Assembly (NCBI RefSeq): GCF_006345805.1
Contig: NW_021834276.1
Coordinates: forward strand, 1 to 50,769
Length of the DNA stretch: 50,769 nucleotides
Source: Octopus sinensis
Taxonomy: Eukaryota
Direction of reading: 5' to 3'
Made by a program: the position numbers and the translations under genes. Below are positions 15,811-28,339 of the stretch, one piece after another (the first letter of the stretch is position 1; every line of letters starts with the position of its first letter). The notes beneath the pieces were generated by a model. It was not told the DNA's origin and ran no database searches. It was given only the letters and a program-made list of their open reading frames with translations.

Positions 15811-16815
15811 ATCAACAATAATAATAATAAAGATTATTACGATGTTGCATAGTATCACCTTTAATTCTTTACATGTATGTATGCATGTATGTATGTATGT
15901 ATATATGCATTCATTCAAATATATACATGGAAATATATAGACATATGTATGCATGTGTTACAAACTTACAAATACAAAAATGCATGTGTATATATGTATG
16001 CATGTATGTATGTATGTATCTATCTATCTATCTGTCTGTCTGTCTATCTATCTATCTACCTATCAATCTATCTATCTACCTATCAATCTATCTATCTATC
16101 TATCTACCTATCAATCTATCTATATATATCTATATATATATTTATATATATAATAATAATAATAATATTAGGGAGTATGGTTCCAAACTTACAGGGAAAA
16201 ACTGTTTGAGTTGCCTAATAGTGGTTTTATCTCCTATTCATATTTTATATATATGTATATATATATTTGTATGTATCTATGTTTTTGATTTAAATTGAGA
16301 TATAATTGGAGGAAATTCATATATAATTTCCTCAAATTTCAATCCCAGTTTATATTAAATTCAACTGCAAATAGAAATACATGCTATTTTACCAACAGAG
16401 TATTATTGAAGTTCTGCAAAATTATATTTATTCAGACATGCAAAATATGTGTTTGTGTGAATACATATTATTATGAGTATATATATATATAATGTACATA
16501 CATATGCACAGATTTAAATATGTTAATATATACACATATATAAACATACATATATGTATGAACACCAACGTATGTGTGCATATATTTATTAGTTTTCATT
16601 ACATATATATATGTGTGTGTGTATATGTATTTTATGTACCTATAATTAAATATCCACATATATATTTGTGCACTTTTACACTTATACATTGATACACACA
16701 CACACATACATACACATATGTGTGTGTGTATAACATATTTATCATCTATTTGTAGTGGTATTTGAGCCTTTTTACTACTGTGTTTGAACCATATATGACT
16801 TAGTTCCATATCAGT

Positions 16816-16846
<31 letters not shown>

Positions 16847-18567
16847 ACATGTATGCATGCCTGTATTTTTGTGTGCAAATTATATGAACACATATATATA
16901 CTTATGCATATACATACATACATACATACATACACACACATATATATATATATGTGTGTGTGTGTGTTTGCATATGTATATGTTTGTGTACATCTATATA
17001 CAGATGTATACACACACATATATGTACAAATATGTATATACATATGTATGCATGTATTCTCTTACTGACATGCATACACACACATGCATGAATATATATT
17101 TTCCTAAGTTGATTTTAGGTTACTACCAACCCCCTGTGAAACATACTAGAGAGAAATTTAGGAATTTGTTAAAAGTACTGCTAGTTTTTTCCCTTTTTTT
17201 ATTCCTTACAGAATTTTCTATATACTTCAATTAAATATCTTACTGTCTGTTCTATGTAATATAAATTCATTTAACAAAAAAGAAAAAAAAAAAAGAAATC
17301 TATATATCATACCACTATTTTCTTAAATGAAAAAAAGATAAATGCAAATTTAGGGGGCAAAAAAATTCCACAAAAAATATTTTGTGTTAGAATCTCACCT
17401 AATCCATAATGGAAAAAAATATGGGGAGCTAGACATATTTTTTTCTCTTTTAGTCTATTTCTTGACAGATGTATAAATTGCATGTATACATGAAAATATA
17501 CCTTATATTCATTCTAACTGTCAGACTCATTCCAGAATCTTCCACCAGCGGTCAGCAAAACAGAAAATGGCTTGTTTCAATAAATTTTCAAAAATAAACA
17601 AAAAAGAATTTTGAAAATTTAAATGAGATTTCCTGCCATGCTGTATTTTTTTAGAAAAAAAATTTTACTTTTTTTTTAAAATTTCCTTTTTTGGAATTAA
17701 GGATAAAGGATTGAAAATATTTAGTAAGATATTATTTTTTTAAATAATTTAAAACAGATTTTAATGAATTTCAGATATACTGAAAAATTGAAACCCATTT
17801 TACAATATAATAAAGAAATTTTTTAATGAAAATCGAAATAATAAAGGCAAGTTTTAGTATTCGTATTAGTGCCTGACTGTGTGATGGTGATAGAGTTGGT
17901 GTGTGTGCATGCATGCTAGTGACTAGGCGAATGGGTGAAGCAAGAATTCAGCAATGTTACTAAGACTCTCAAAATGAAGATTTTAAAATATTTTAGTTGT
18001 CACAACAATGATTATGGAAGAAACTGAAATTTTAAGAACAAAACAAATTTTTAAAATGTTACAAAAATATATCTAGTAACTGGCTCTCAGAAAATATTCC
18101 CATTTTATAGGAATATTTTTCAATTTCTGTTATATTTTTTTAAGAAGAAATTTTATGAAAAATTTTAAATTGTTAGCAATTTTGAAATATTGACTTTCAC
18201 TCCAAAAAGAAAAGAAATAGATGGGGGAGCTAGACGTTCTACATCTCTTTTGTTTTTTTATATCTTTTAGTAAAATAAAAATTTTACCATGCTTTATTTT
18301 TAGAAAGTATTGCATTTTGGGTCATATTACCAAAATTTTATACTGGAAAACAAAAGGGCAAATTTTATTTAGAATTACATTTGATAATTTCAAAAATGGA
18401 GAGGAAGGAATGCATTAAATGATAGAGAATGGACAGAAAGGTTATTATTAACAATGGCAAATATGGATAGGGGTAAATTAGATAATCATTATATCATTAT
18501 ATTATGTCTTGATATCAATATAAAGAAATATGTGTCTTTGAATATGTACTCGATATATGTATAACAG

Positions 18568-18598
<31 letters not shown>

Positions 18599-18842
18599 TG
18601 TGTGTGTGTGTCTGTGTCTGTGTGTACAGAAAGCTAATCAAAATGCATGTAAACCAATGATTTATACACACACACACCTGCACACACTGAAACTACTAAA
18701 TTAATCATTATGTATGTATGTTTGTATGTATATATATGTATGTGTATATATATGTATATATATATATATGCATGTGTGTATATATGTATATATATGTATA
18801 CATATATATATATGTATATACATACATATATATGTATAATAC

Positions 18843-18874
<32 letters not shown>

Positions 18875-19073
18875 ATGTATATATATTCACACACGCATAC
18901 ATATAAATATACATACAGTACAAAAAGACTGAAATTTAAAATATTTAAAATTACACAAAAAAAAACAATGACTTGTGAATTTTATAAATTTATCTGAACA
19001 AATTTTGGGATATGCAAACAAATTTATGTGTGTGTATTTATAAATATGCAGATACATGTGTATTCATATATAT

Positions 19074-19200
<127 letters not shown>

Positions 19201-19791
19201 AAAAATAAATATATATATATGTATATATATATGTATGGATATATATTATATATAAACGCACATATTTATAAGAGCATATTCTTATATATGCATATATGGG
19301 TTTGTGTTTGTATACATACATATATAATATATATACTCATACACACACACACACATACATACCTATATATCTACACATATACATGTGTACATATCATGTG
19401 TATGTGTGTGTATGCCTATATATTGTGTCAGATGTATGCACACACACTTACACACACACATGTATAAAATATACACCCCAACCTACAGAATATATTTATC
19501 TTAAGCACTTATGCACCTGTCAGAAGCTAATTCTCCAAGTCTGCCCACAGCAAATAATCAAAATGAAGTTGAGGAAGAAAGAAAAAATTATTCCTATAGT
19601 GGACTGATACTTTATTTACCAAATCCCAAATGCTGAAGTAAAGTTGACCTTGATTGCATTTGATCTGAGAGTAAATTGATCTGAAACAAACAACTTGAAG
19701 CAATCTTTCTGAAGTCCTAATGACTAGTAATTGGTAGCAGTGCTTCTGTCACATATTAAGCTTTTTTTCTGTTAGTCTACCTGTGATTTCA

Positions 19792-20022
19792 CTATACCTT
19801 GAAATGGGCACAGCAAATGAAGTTTTCTGTATATCCCTGATGATACACCTGGGCCCTGTTCCCTTTCCTACTTGCTAAAACCTTAGAGTTTTTAAGGTTT
19901 ACATTAAGACCTCTGAACTCTATGTTTAGCTTCCATACCTTGAGTTTCCTCTTTAATTCCTCTATAGATTCAGCTATGAGAACGAAAGCATTAGAATATA
20001 AGAGTTCCCATGGACAGCCCAT
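19792..20022 (-). pseudogene. RTE-clade LINE reverse transcriptase fragment
   Basis: GCPWELLYSNAFVLIAESIEELKRKLKVWKLNIEFRGLNVNLKNSKVL matches the RTE RT stretch LLYADDLVLIAES...GL+VN..KTKV, with YADD decayed to YSNA. Confidence 0.85.
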
Positions 20023-20117
20023 CTTAAACTTTGCTGTAATTGGCTAAATGATTGAGCTTTGAAAGACTACTATCCTTGTGCTAAAACATCATTGACTCAC
20101 CTCTCTCTCTCTTTCTC

Positions 20118-20155
<38 letters not shown>

Positions 20156-20220
20156 AGTATATGTATATACACATACATACTCATATGTATGTGAGTATAC
20201 ACATACACACACATTCACAC

Positions 20221-20992
20221 AAAGTTGCATTCCAGAATTTTGAGACATTTTCTGAAGAAACATTTGTTAATTTCAAAAACGTACAAAACTCCAATTCCCT
20301 TCAAAGTAGGGTCCTCTGACTTCAATGCATTTGTTGTAGCATTCATGAAGGTCCCATGGAAGTTCTTCACAGTGAAAGTGTCCAGAAGTCTTGTCACAAC
20401 CTCCTTGAGATTGTGGAACAATTAAAAGTCACAGGGAGCAAGGTCTGGACGGTAGAGAGGATGAGGAACAGTTTTCATGCTGATCTCCGTCAAGAATTTG
20501 GTTACCAGGATGGAATTGTGGACTGATGCATTGTCCTGGTACAGGTGCTCTGGCTTTTCAGCAACTAAATCTCTTCCTAAACTCCTTCAGAACCTCGACA
20601 AACTACTCTTTGTTGACTGTCTGGTCAGAGAGAACCCAGTATGGGACCATCATGAACTTGGTGGACTTGCTTTGCCCAGCCTCAATCGATACGCAGTCTG
20701 GAGCATTTTCTGTAGTGTTTTTGCCCAGATTAACACAAAGCCTTCTCACATAGCAAGCTTCCAAATTGCTTTCATGTCTCAAATACACTCTGCAAACTAG
20801 TCAGCTGTGACAAGCAATGCTGAGTAGGGTATGTTTGAAGTGTTGCTACAACTGTCTCCTTTAATCTTGAATAACAAAATTTGCAGGTTAGTTTATTAGA
20901 TGTATTGCAATGATTCACTAAATTTATAGTAATCTAGGACAGTTATAACTGCCTTTCCTAATTATATCACAAAACTTCTGAAATGCACCTTG
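20221..20992 (-). mobile_element. Internally deleted mariner (D34D) DNA transposon
   Basis: Imperfect TIRs AAAGTTGCATTCCAGAATTTTGAGAC (from 20221) and ATCACAAAACTTCTGAAATGCACCTTG (to 20992), followed by TA. The minus strand encodes YQDNASVHNSILVTKFLTEISMKTVPHPLYRPDLAPCDF* with exactly 34 residues between the two Asp, plus an N-terminal CVNLGKNTTE remnant. Confidence 0.9.
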
Positions 20993-21004
20993 TATATACT
21001 TACA

Positions 21005-21393
21005 CGGGAGGCGCAATGGCCCAGTGGTTAGGGCAGCGGACTCGCAGTCATAGGATTGCGGTTTCGATTCCCAGACCGGGTGTTGTGAATGTTTATTGAG
21101 CGAAAACACCTAAAAGCTCCACGAGGCTCCGGCAGGGATGGTGGTGATCCCTGCTGTACTCTTTCACCACAACTTTCTCTCACTCTTACTTCCTGTTTCT
21201 GTTGTACCTGTATTTCAAAGGGCCGGCCTTGTCACTCTCTGTGTCATGCTGAATATCTCCGAGAACTAAGTTAAAGGTACACGTGTCTGTGGAGTGCTCA
21301 GCCACTTACACGTTAATTTTACGAGCAGGCTGTTCCGTTGATTGGATCAACCGGAACCCTCGTCATCGTAACCGACGGAGTGAAAAGAAGAAG
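21005..21393 (+). mobile_element. tRNA-derived SINE family C, full length with 11-bp TSD
   Basis: A box TGGCCCAGTGG (21017-21027), B box GGTTTCGATTCC (21060-21071), (AAG)n tail, and TSD ATATACTTACA at 20994-21004 and 21394-21404. Confidence 0.92.
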
Positions 21394-22335
21394 ATATACT
21401 TACATACACACACATGATTATTTATATTTATGTGTGTGTGTCTTTTATGTTCTGTTGAGCTAACATAGAAATTGATCGACTGCAATCAACTTCCTTAGCA
21501 CATCAACATTTTTGCTGGGCCCTGAATGGTCTAAATTTTATCCGGTGATAGGAAAGGGAATTCCAAACACACAGAAGTGAAAATATATGTAAAGACATCT
21601 TGTATGATAATTTTTATGAAGTTTCACCAAATGTCTGCCATGAGCCAATACTCACTGAGCCTGAAATGATGAGAAACAAAGTTAATTTAGGCAGAATTTG
21701 AATTCAATAGTGTAGAAAACCAAACCAAATGCCCCAGGGTATTATATCATGCATTCTGACTTCTCTGCCAGTTTGGTGTCATATGTACATGCACACGTGT
21801 GTGTGTGTATTATATAAGCAATAATATTGTCTTTGTAGATTCTCTCCATATTTTGAATTATGTTTAATTTGATTGTGAAACTACTGATAACCTCTGAACA
21901 TGATAGTTGCAAAATATGGATTAATCACTATGTTACACATAGGAAATTATGTTCTGTTGAGCTAGGCAAGTTAATGACTAGCTGTAAGCAATTGAATATG
22001 TATTGTGAACATACTATTTAAATGTATGAAATACATTTCAGTTGGAGATATTTGATATCAGAAATTATGATAGGAACATCTTGTCTTTATCTTTTCTTTA
22101 TAAATCCTACATGCATATAACGTTTATTATTTTCACACAAGTCTTATTTTAGCATTTATACATACAGATTCTCATTCTCTCTCTCTCTTTCTCTCCTTCT
22201 GTGTCTGTGTGCATATGTTTGTATACATGTGTGAGTGTGTGTTTGTGGATGGAGGCTACACACATAAAGAAGCATTACTCAAAATTCTTCCTATTTGACT
22301 TGAAAATTTGAGGAGTCAAACTGAACTGTGGAATC

Positions 22336-22369
<34 letters not shown>

Positions 22370-23884
22370 ACTTAAACTACTCCCTTTTACATAATATAAC
22401 TCTAATATCACATGCTCCAATAGATGCAAACATGCTTTCATAAGTCCCCAGCATATTTGGTCTATAAAAGGTGGCATCTTCATAAAAGGTGGAGTCTTCA
22501 TAAGCGAGGGGTCTCTGTTGGTGTTGAAGCCACACCAAATACTCACTAGAAGGATCCTGCCCTCACATCATCTGATGGTTTAATAAGATACTACATTGCA
22601 TAACAGTCAATAATATCAAGGGAGCAGTTAGACAGTGTATGCACTCCTTCAGGGCCAGAGAAAACCTTACATCCCTGATTTGATTCTCCTGAGGACTTCA
22701 GGATTAAGGTAACAACATCCTCAACATCACTTAATGCATCCTTAACATAACACCTCTTTACTCACCTAGAGTATTTTAACTGTCAACTATACTTCCATGA
22801 GGAACTGTATATACTGTAAAAGCCTGTAGTAGCCATCACTAGGAAGACTAATTTATCCTGCTGTCATCACCAAAGATATGCCCAACAAAAAAATTTGAAG
22901 TCAGTGACTACCAATGCCCTGGAAAGGCTGTGTTGATCGTAACTGGTTCATCCGCAGCTACTGGCTAAAAGTTTTCGCCTTACCCAAAGTAATATTATTT
23001 TCTATCCTAGCCTAGCAGCTACAAATACATCACAAACAGCTATGCACAACACACCAATAGATATATAACCTGACATCACCAAACTGATTATCTTGCCACA
23101 TGGAACACTTTCAATTCCTCCCTTCACTAGTCACCGACCGAGTTGATGAATCCTACAGATTGTCAACCAGCCTGCACCACAAGATTGATCCCTTAACCAA
23201 TTGGAAGAATAAAAGAAATTATTTGTTGTCACTATTTTATAAATATCTTTTTATGTCCTGAACTGACCAATGGAGACTTCCAAATATTCTCATTTAGAAG
23301 CAATCATTTTTGCTTATGCTTTTGAACTGTCGTGAATTTGTTCATAAACAGACCGTGATTTGATATGAATCATAAGTTTAAACATTCACAATCTCCTCAC
23401 TTGTACTCAATTTAGTGTCTCAATTCTTTGTTTGCATTTAATGTTATAGTCACACATAACTTACCGCAGTATGAAAGGAGAGAATCTAGTTTGGTGATTT
23501 CCAAAATTACAGGAAACTTAGATCATACATTGCTTCCCTGTAACGTAATGAGTTGGCCTCATAGTTTCTCAGACTCTCCCATCATCTTCAAGATTACATA
23601 GGGTAATCAACTTGAATTTTTCATTTGTTTTTCAGCCATATTTAATGTGTGTAAGTATCATGCTGATAGAGAACCCATATATCGAGTATGGCCTAAATTT
23701 ACATGTAAATGAAAACAGCCTGCTTATACAAAGCTACACTTTATACTGTAATTTTTTATGAAGTATATTTTACTCTTCATGTAAACTAAATTCTCTCACT
23801 CTTGGTTTATATAACACAATACACACAGTTTATGTGTGTGAGATTATGTGCGTATGCATAAAACTGACAGAATGTTATCTTTAA

Positions 23885-24103
23885 CCTTTTAGCATTTGAA
23901 TTACTCTGTAAAATGTAATGCTTATTTATTAATTAATTGTTTTGAATTAATCCTGATCCCGCAGCATCAAGATTTCAATGATTAGATTGTTTATTTTTAG
24001 AATGACATTCGAGGATTGATGTAAAAGGCCAGATCTGGTCAGCTTGAACACAAAAACAGGTAGAATATTTGGGCTGGGTGTGGCTGGTTTAAATGCTAAA
24101 GGG
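23885..24103 (+). mobile_element. piggyBac-type MITE (TTAA TSD)
   Basis: TTAA|CCTTTTAGCATTT ... AAATGCTAAAGGG|TTAA; 219 bp, non-coding. Confidence 0.88.
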
Positions 24104-24934
24104 TTAAGACATCAGTCCTAGTGTGGGTTTTCGAAGGTGTGTACATATACAGACAGATAGATATAAATGCATGTGTTTATGTCTCATCTAATGTCTAAAT
24201 TTATTGCCTTTACAACAATGCCATTGTTTCACAGGAGTCAGTCCTACTTATCAAAGGAATATCAAAATTATGGATTTTTATTTAATTTGAATATTGCAAA
24301 ATTCATAAATTTGTTAGGCCATTAAAAACATGATATTAATATCTTTCAAAAAATACCTACTTCCTCCTGATTACAAATACATCAAATTGAACTAATAAAA
24401 CTTATCAACAAGAGCATGTTCTATAAACGCAGCAAATAAATGTCGACTGGAAAGCCTCTCAATTTTACAAATCAGATAATCTCATACTGCAGATCATTAT
24501 TCCCTATAAACAACGCTATTAACTTATTATAAATTAATTATACCTAAAGACCTCAAACTTCAGATCAAATTTTCAACCCTTCAGAGTATATGTATAGTAG
24601 TAGTAGGTCATCATAACCTGTTTAGATCTATTTCTATTGGTTTATTCCATAAACAGAATAATAAATAAATAATTAAATGAATAAATAAATCTTAACTTCC
24701 ACAAAGCAATAATATTAGGCACATTAATACTATTGCTTTAAACTTCCACTAATAAACCTAGTTAAAATCACAATAATACAATCAATTATTCTTGTCATTA
24801 ATATCTTACCATTAAATATTATTCATGTTCTCTGTCATTCCACATTCAGTTGCAATCATGTCATTATCACTGACACACACACAAACACACACAGACACCA
24901 CATGCACACAATGGTTGTGCTTATAGACTTAAAT

Positions 24935-25295
24935 AGCTGTGTGGTTAAAAAGTTTGCTCCCCATGGTTTCAGGTTCAGCCTCAATGCAAGGTACCTTGGG
25001 TAAATGTCTTTTAGCCCTTTAGTATTCGCATTATTCTGCCAAAATTAATCCTTCTTCATCCACATTGTTTTGAACTAATCATTCATTAATCTTGTAGCTA
25101 TGAGATTTTGATGAGGTAGCTATTAATTTTTAAAACAATATTGTAGGGTTGGTGTGAGAGACCAGATCTGGCCAGTTTGACCATGAAACAGGCAGAATAC
25201 TTTTGGCTGGATATGGCCGGTTTAAATGCTAAAGGGTTAACATAGCTCCTGTCTGATTGTATTTGGTAGTCAGAAACTGAAGGAAGCCAGTTGTA
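24935..25295 (+). mobile_element. SINE family B 5' half, interrupted by a piggyBac MITE
   Basis: GCTGTGTGGTTAAAAAGTTTGCT...GGTACCTTGGGTAAATGTCTT [MITE] CATAGC...ATTTGGTAGTCAGAAACTGAAGGAAGCC continues the family-B sequence across the MITE. Confidence 0.7.
25015..25236 (+). mobile_element. piggyBac-type MITE, second copy
   Basis: TTAG|CCCTTTAGTATT ... AAATGCTAAAGGG|TTAA; internal sequence similar to 23885-24103. Confidence 0.85.
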
Positions 25296-25372
25296 TTTAT
25301 TTATATTGTAAGTATGTATAAGAAATTAAACAAATGACAAAAAAAACAGAAAATTATGTAACATACATCATT

Positions 25373-25453
25373 AGCTAATAGCTGTTTCTGCTATAAGACA
25401 CAGTGCACTTGGAATTGAGTGCTTGTGCATCATCTTATGTCTTCTTCAGAGCT
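25373..25453 (-). ncRNA. Degenerate type I hammerhead-like motif (Penelope-like terminus)
   Basis: Minus strand: AGCT-CTGAAGA-A-GACATAAGA...TCTTATAGCA-GAAAC-AGCT-ATT-AGCT. Stem I is AGCT/AGCT and loop III is palindromic; position 16.2 and the base of stem II are mutated. Confidence 0.5.
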
Positions 25454-25649
25454 TCTCATAGTGGAAACAGCTATAAGTTAATGGAGTTCATTGAATAATT
25501 TCCTGTTCCTTTGTCATTTATTCAATTTCATATTACAGTCTATACTGAACTAATAGTTTATTCCAAAGCATATGTATGTTGAGTTATAACATCAGATTAT
25601 TAGTATCCCTATTCCTAAGAAAATTATTACAATTATATATATATATATA

Positions 25650-25858
25650 TATTATATTAAATTAGAGACAAAACCACTATTAGGCAAATCAAACAATGAA
25701 AGATTTAAGCCAATACATATGATTAATTTATATTATTTAATTATATTTTTTAATAATTGTTACATATTTAAATAATATAAATTAATCATATGTATTGGCT
25801 TAAGTCTTTCATTGTTTGATTTGCCTAATAGTGGTTTTGTCTCTAATTTAATATAATA
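25650..25858. repeat. Inverted repeat with about 90-bp arms (1 mismatch) and 27-bp spacer, made from a Penelope-like terminal sequence
   Basis: Arms 25650-25740 and 25768-25858. The arm sequence also occurs as a single copy at about 40655-40750, downstream of a hammerhead-like motif. Confidence 0.9.
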
Positions 25859-25934
25859 TAATATTTTACTATAAAATTGGATTCAATCCTAAATCTGATT
25901 TTTCCCTGTAAGTTTGGATTTATTCCCTAATATT

Positions 25935-25990
<56 letters not shown>

Positions 25991-26208
25991 ATAATGATTT
26001 CAAAGTATCACTTCAGTTTGACTTCATCATTGCCACTTATACAACTTGATGACACTACAAACTAACTGGATACTCTAACAATGATTTGGAGTAGTTTATT
26101 ATATTTGACTGAAATCAGGATTCCTTCGAATGCCCAGGAGGATTCTTAAGAATAGTAGAGAGGCAGTCAGAATGGTAAGATGTAGAAAGAGGTCACAGGT
26201 ACATAGAA

Positions 26209-26613
26209 CTGGCAGAATCGTTAGCACGCCAAGCGAAATGCGTAGCCGTATTTCGTCTGCCGCTACGTTCTGAGTTCAAATTCCACCGAGGTTGGCTTTG
26301 CCTTTCATCCTTTTGGGGTTGATAAATTAAGAACCAGTTACGCACTGGGGTCGATCTAATCGACTTAATCCATTTGTCCGTCCTTATTTGTCCCCTCCAT
26401 GTTTAGCCCCTTGTGGGTAGTAAAGAAATAGGTATTTCGTCTGCCGCTATGTTCTGAGTTCAAATTCTACCGAGGTAGACTTTGCCTTTCATCCTTTCGG
26501 GATCGATAAATTAAGTACCAGTTACACACTGGGGTCGATCTAATCGACTTAATCCATTTGTCTGTCCTTATTTGTCCCCTCTATGTTTAGCCCCTTGTGG
26601 GTAGTAAAGAAAT
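26209..26613 (+). mobile_element. SINE family A, 1.8-mer tandem insertion with 12-bp TSD
   Basis: A nearly full copy is followed by a second, head-less copy joined at GGTATTT. TSD AGGTACATAGAA at 26197-26208 and 26614-26625. Confidence 0.88.
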
Positions 26614-26939
26614 AGGTACATAGAAGTGAATATCATTGAATGACAAATGTGGGGGACATCAATGGCAGACATGAAAGGGAAATAATAAAAGGGTAAAGAA
26701 CGATTTTGAGAATGGAGAATAAGGGAAGTGGTCTCAAGGAGACCAATAACTGGTTGCACAAAACAGGATAAGAAATAAGTGCAGCTCGGCTCTTATATAA
26801 TTGCTGTAGTTAGATAGGTCGAGGAGGGATGGGTGTTGCATATATGTGTGGTAGGAGGGGGTTGATAGGTACAGGGGAGACTATGACCTTGGACCACTGA
26901 GTGCAAGATCATAGACATAAACAACATTCTTTTAAGACC

Positions 26940-27262
26940 CCATTTTTTCGCTGATAGGGATAGTCTTCTTGAGCACAAAGAATCACTAATCACCTAGGCT
27001 CTTTGTCGTCTCTCCTATGAAGCTCAACAATTTGAGGTCAGTTTTCAGTACTTCATCTCATGTCTTCTGCAGGTTCCAATCACACTTAATAATCGGTACT
27101 TCTTCATGCAGCTTTCCTCATCCATACTCATCATATGGCCATACCAATGGAGTCTTCTCTCTTGCACACAACATCTGATACCGCTTACATCCAGTTTTTC
27201 TCTCAACACATTTGCATTTTGCAGTGTGTTCATATCGAGTCTCACATAATTTCTTTTCTCAT
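26940..27262 (-). pseudogene. RTE-clade LINE ORF2 C-terminal fragment
   Basis: VLREKLDVSGIRCCVQERRLHWYGHMMSMDEESCMKKYRLLSVIGTC, then (frameshifted) *DEVLKTDLKLL. This matches the RTE motif RLRWYGHV.RM...GRPRKTW.EV..DL. Confidence 0.85.
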
Positions 27263-27723
27263 CTTTCATTGTTTTATTACACAACTGTCTCCACCTGCCC
27301 CCTTTCATCTCCTCCCTGACCCACTTCTATTTTCCTGTACATTAACCATACCTCCACCAGTGCTCACCATTTTACAGTCACCTCTGGTAGTCACGTGATC
27401 ACTATATATTCAATCTGCAGAAGAGAAACCATTATTTACTATACTGTTAGTAAACATATCAGGCTGTGAACAGTTCATGGTCTGTATCTGCCTACAAATT
27501 AATGCTTGCATAACATATGTAAAAATCATGAAATTTATAATATAATAATAAAAAAAGCTTTAGTTACAATCAAATCTCCAGTGTTATTCTAATCTTGTAT
27601 ATTTATATGTGTGCGTTTGTGTGTGTACACACACAAATACTTGTGTATATAATATACAAGAATATAAATATATATGGTTGTTATCCGCATCATTTTCAAC
27701 ATCATTATTATTTCCAGATTTAA

Positions 27724-27905
27724 GATGGTAAGCTGGCAGAATTGTTAGCATGCCAGGCAAAATGCTTAGAAACATTTTGTCCATCTTTACATTCTGAGTT
27801 CAAATTTCACTGAGGTCAACCTTGCCTTTCATCTTTTCGGGGTCAATAAAATAATCCCAACCCCACAAATTTCAGGCCTTATACCTTTAGTAGACATGAT
27901 TATTA
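27724..27905 (+). mobile_element. SINE family A-related degenerate copy with a different 3' tail
   Basis: AAGCTGGCAGAATTGTTAGCA...GAGTTCAAATTTC...GCCTTTCATCTTTTCGGGGTCAATAAAATAA, then CCCACAAATTTCAGGCCTT...(ATT)n. Confidence 0.7.
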
Positions 27906-28339
27906 TTTCTAGATTATTATAATAAGGAATTCAAAAGTACACACATTTTTTGACAAAAATGATATTTGTCCTCAATGATATTTGGTCAACATTTCACCTT
28001 CATTCCATTGAACAATGCCAGGTATATGTGATATTAGCTGGGGTTACACAAATCTTTTAATGTGCAATGATGTGTCCTTTGTGTACCATGTCCTGTGTAT
28101 ACCAAGAAGATATTGAAGTTGGAGCCTCTTATCCCTCTCAAAACAATATAGTAACCCATTTATGTTGCTGATTGATATCTGTACTTGTCACATAAAGATA
28201 TCTACAAGCCTCATGGCCTTATAGTCAAAGAATTACTGTAGGCTTTCTCACTATTACAATCATCGCATAATGTACACTCTGCCATCTGTGTTTTGATCTT
28301 AATCTGGGGGTTTTCAGTCAATACAGTTTTGGCACTTAA

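Noticed and set aside
17119-17174. Possible exon (YYQPPVKHTREKFRNLLK) after TTTTAG
   Set aside because: Weak donor (GTACTG), no recognisable homology and no partner exons.
19522-19600. Protein-like frame SEANSPSLPTANNQNEVEEERK
   Set aside because: No good donor, and it runs into a degenerate SINE family A remnant (about 19600-19690).
21005-21080. tRNA-like sequence
   Set aside because: It is the head of a SINE: it continues into a 300-bp body with a tail and TSD, and does not close a full cloverleaf.
23459-23465. Perfect minus-strand donor G|GTAAGT
   Set aside because: No upstream acceptor gives an open exon on the minus strand.
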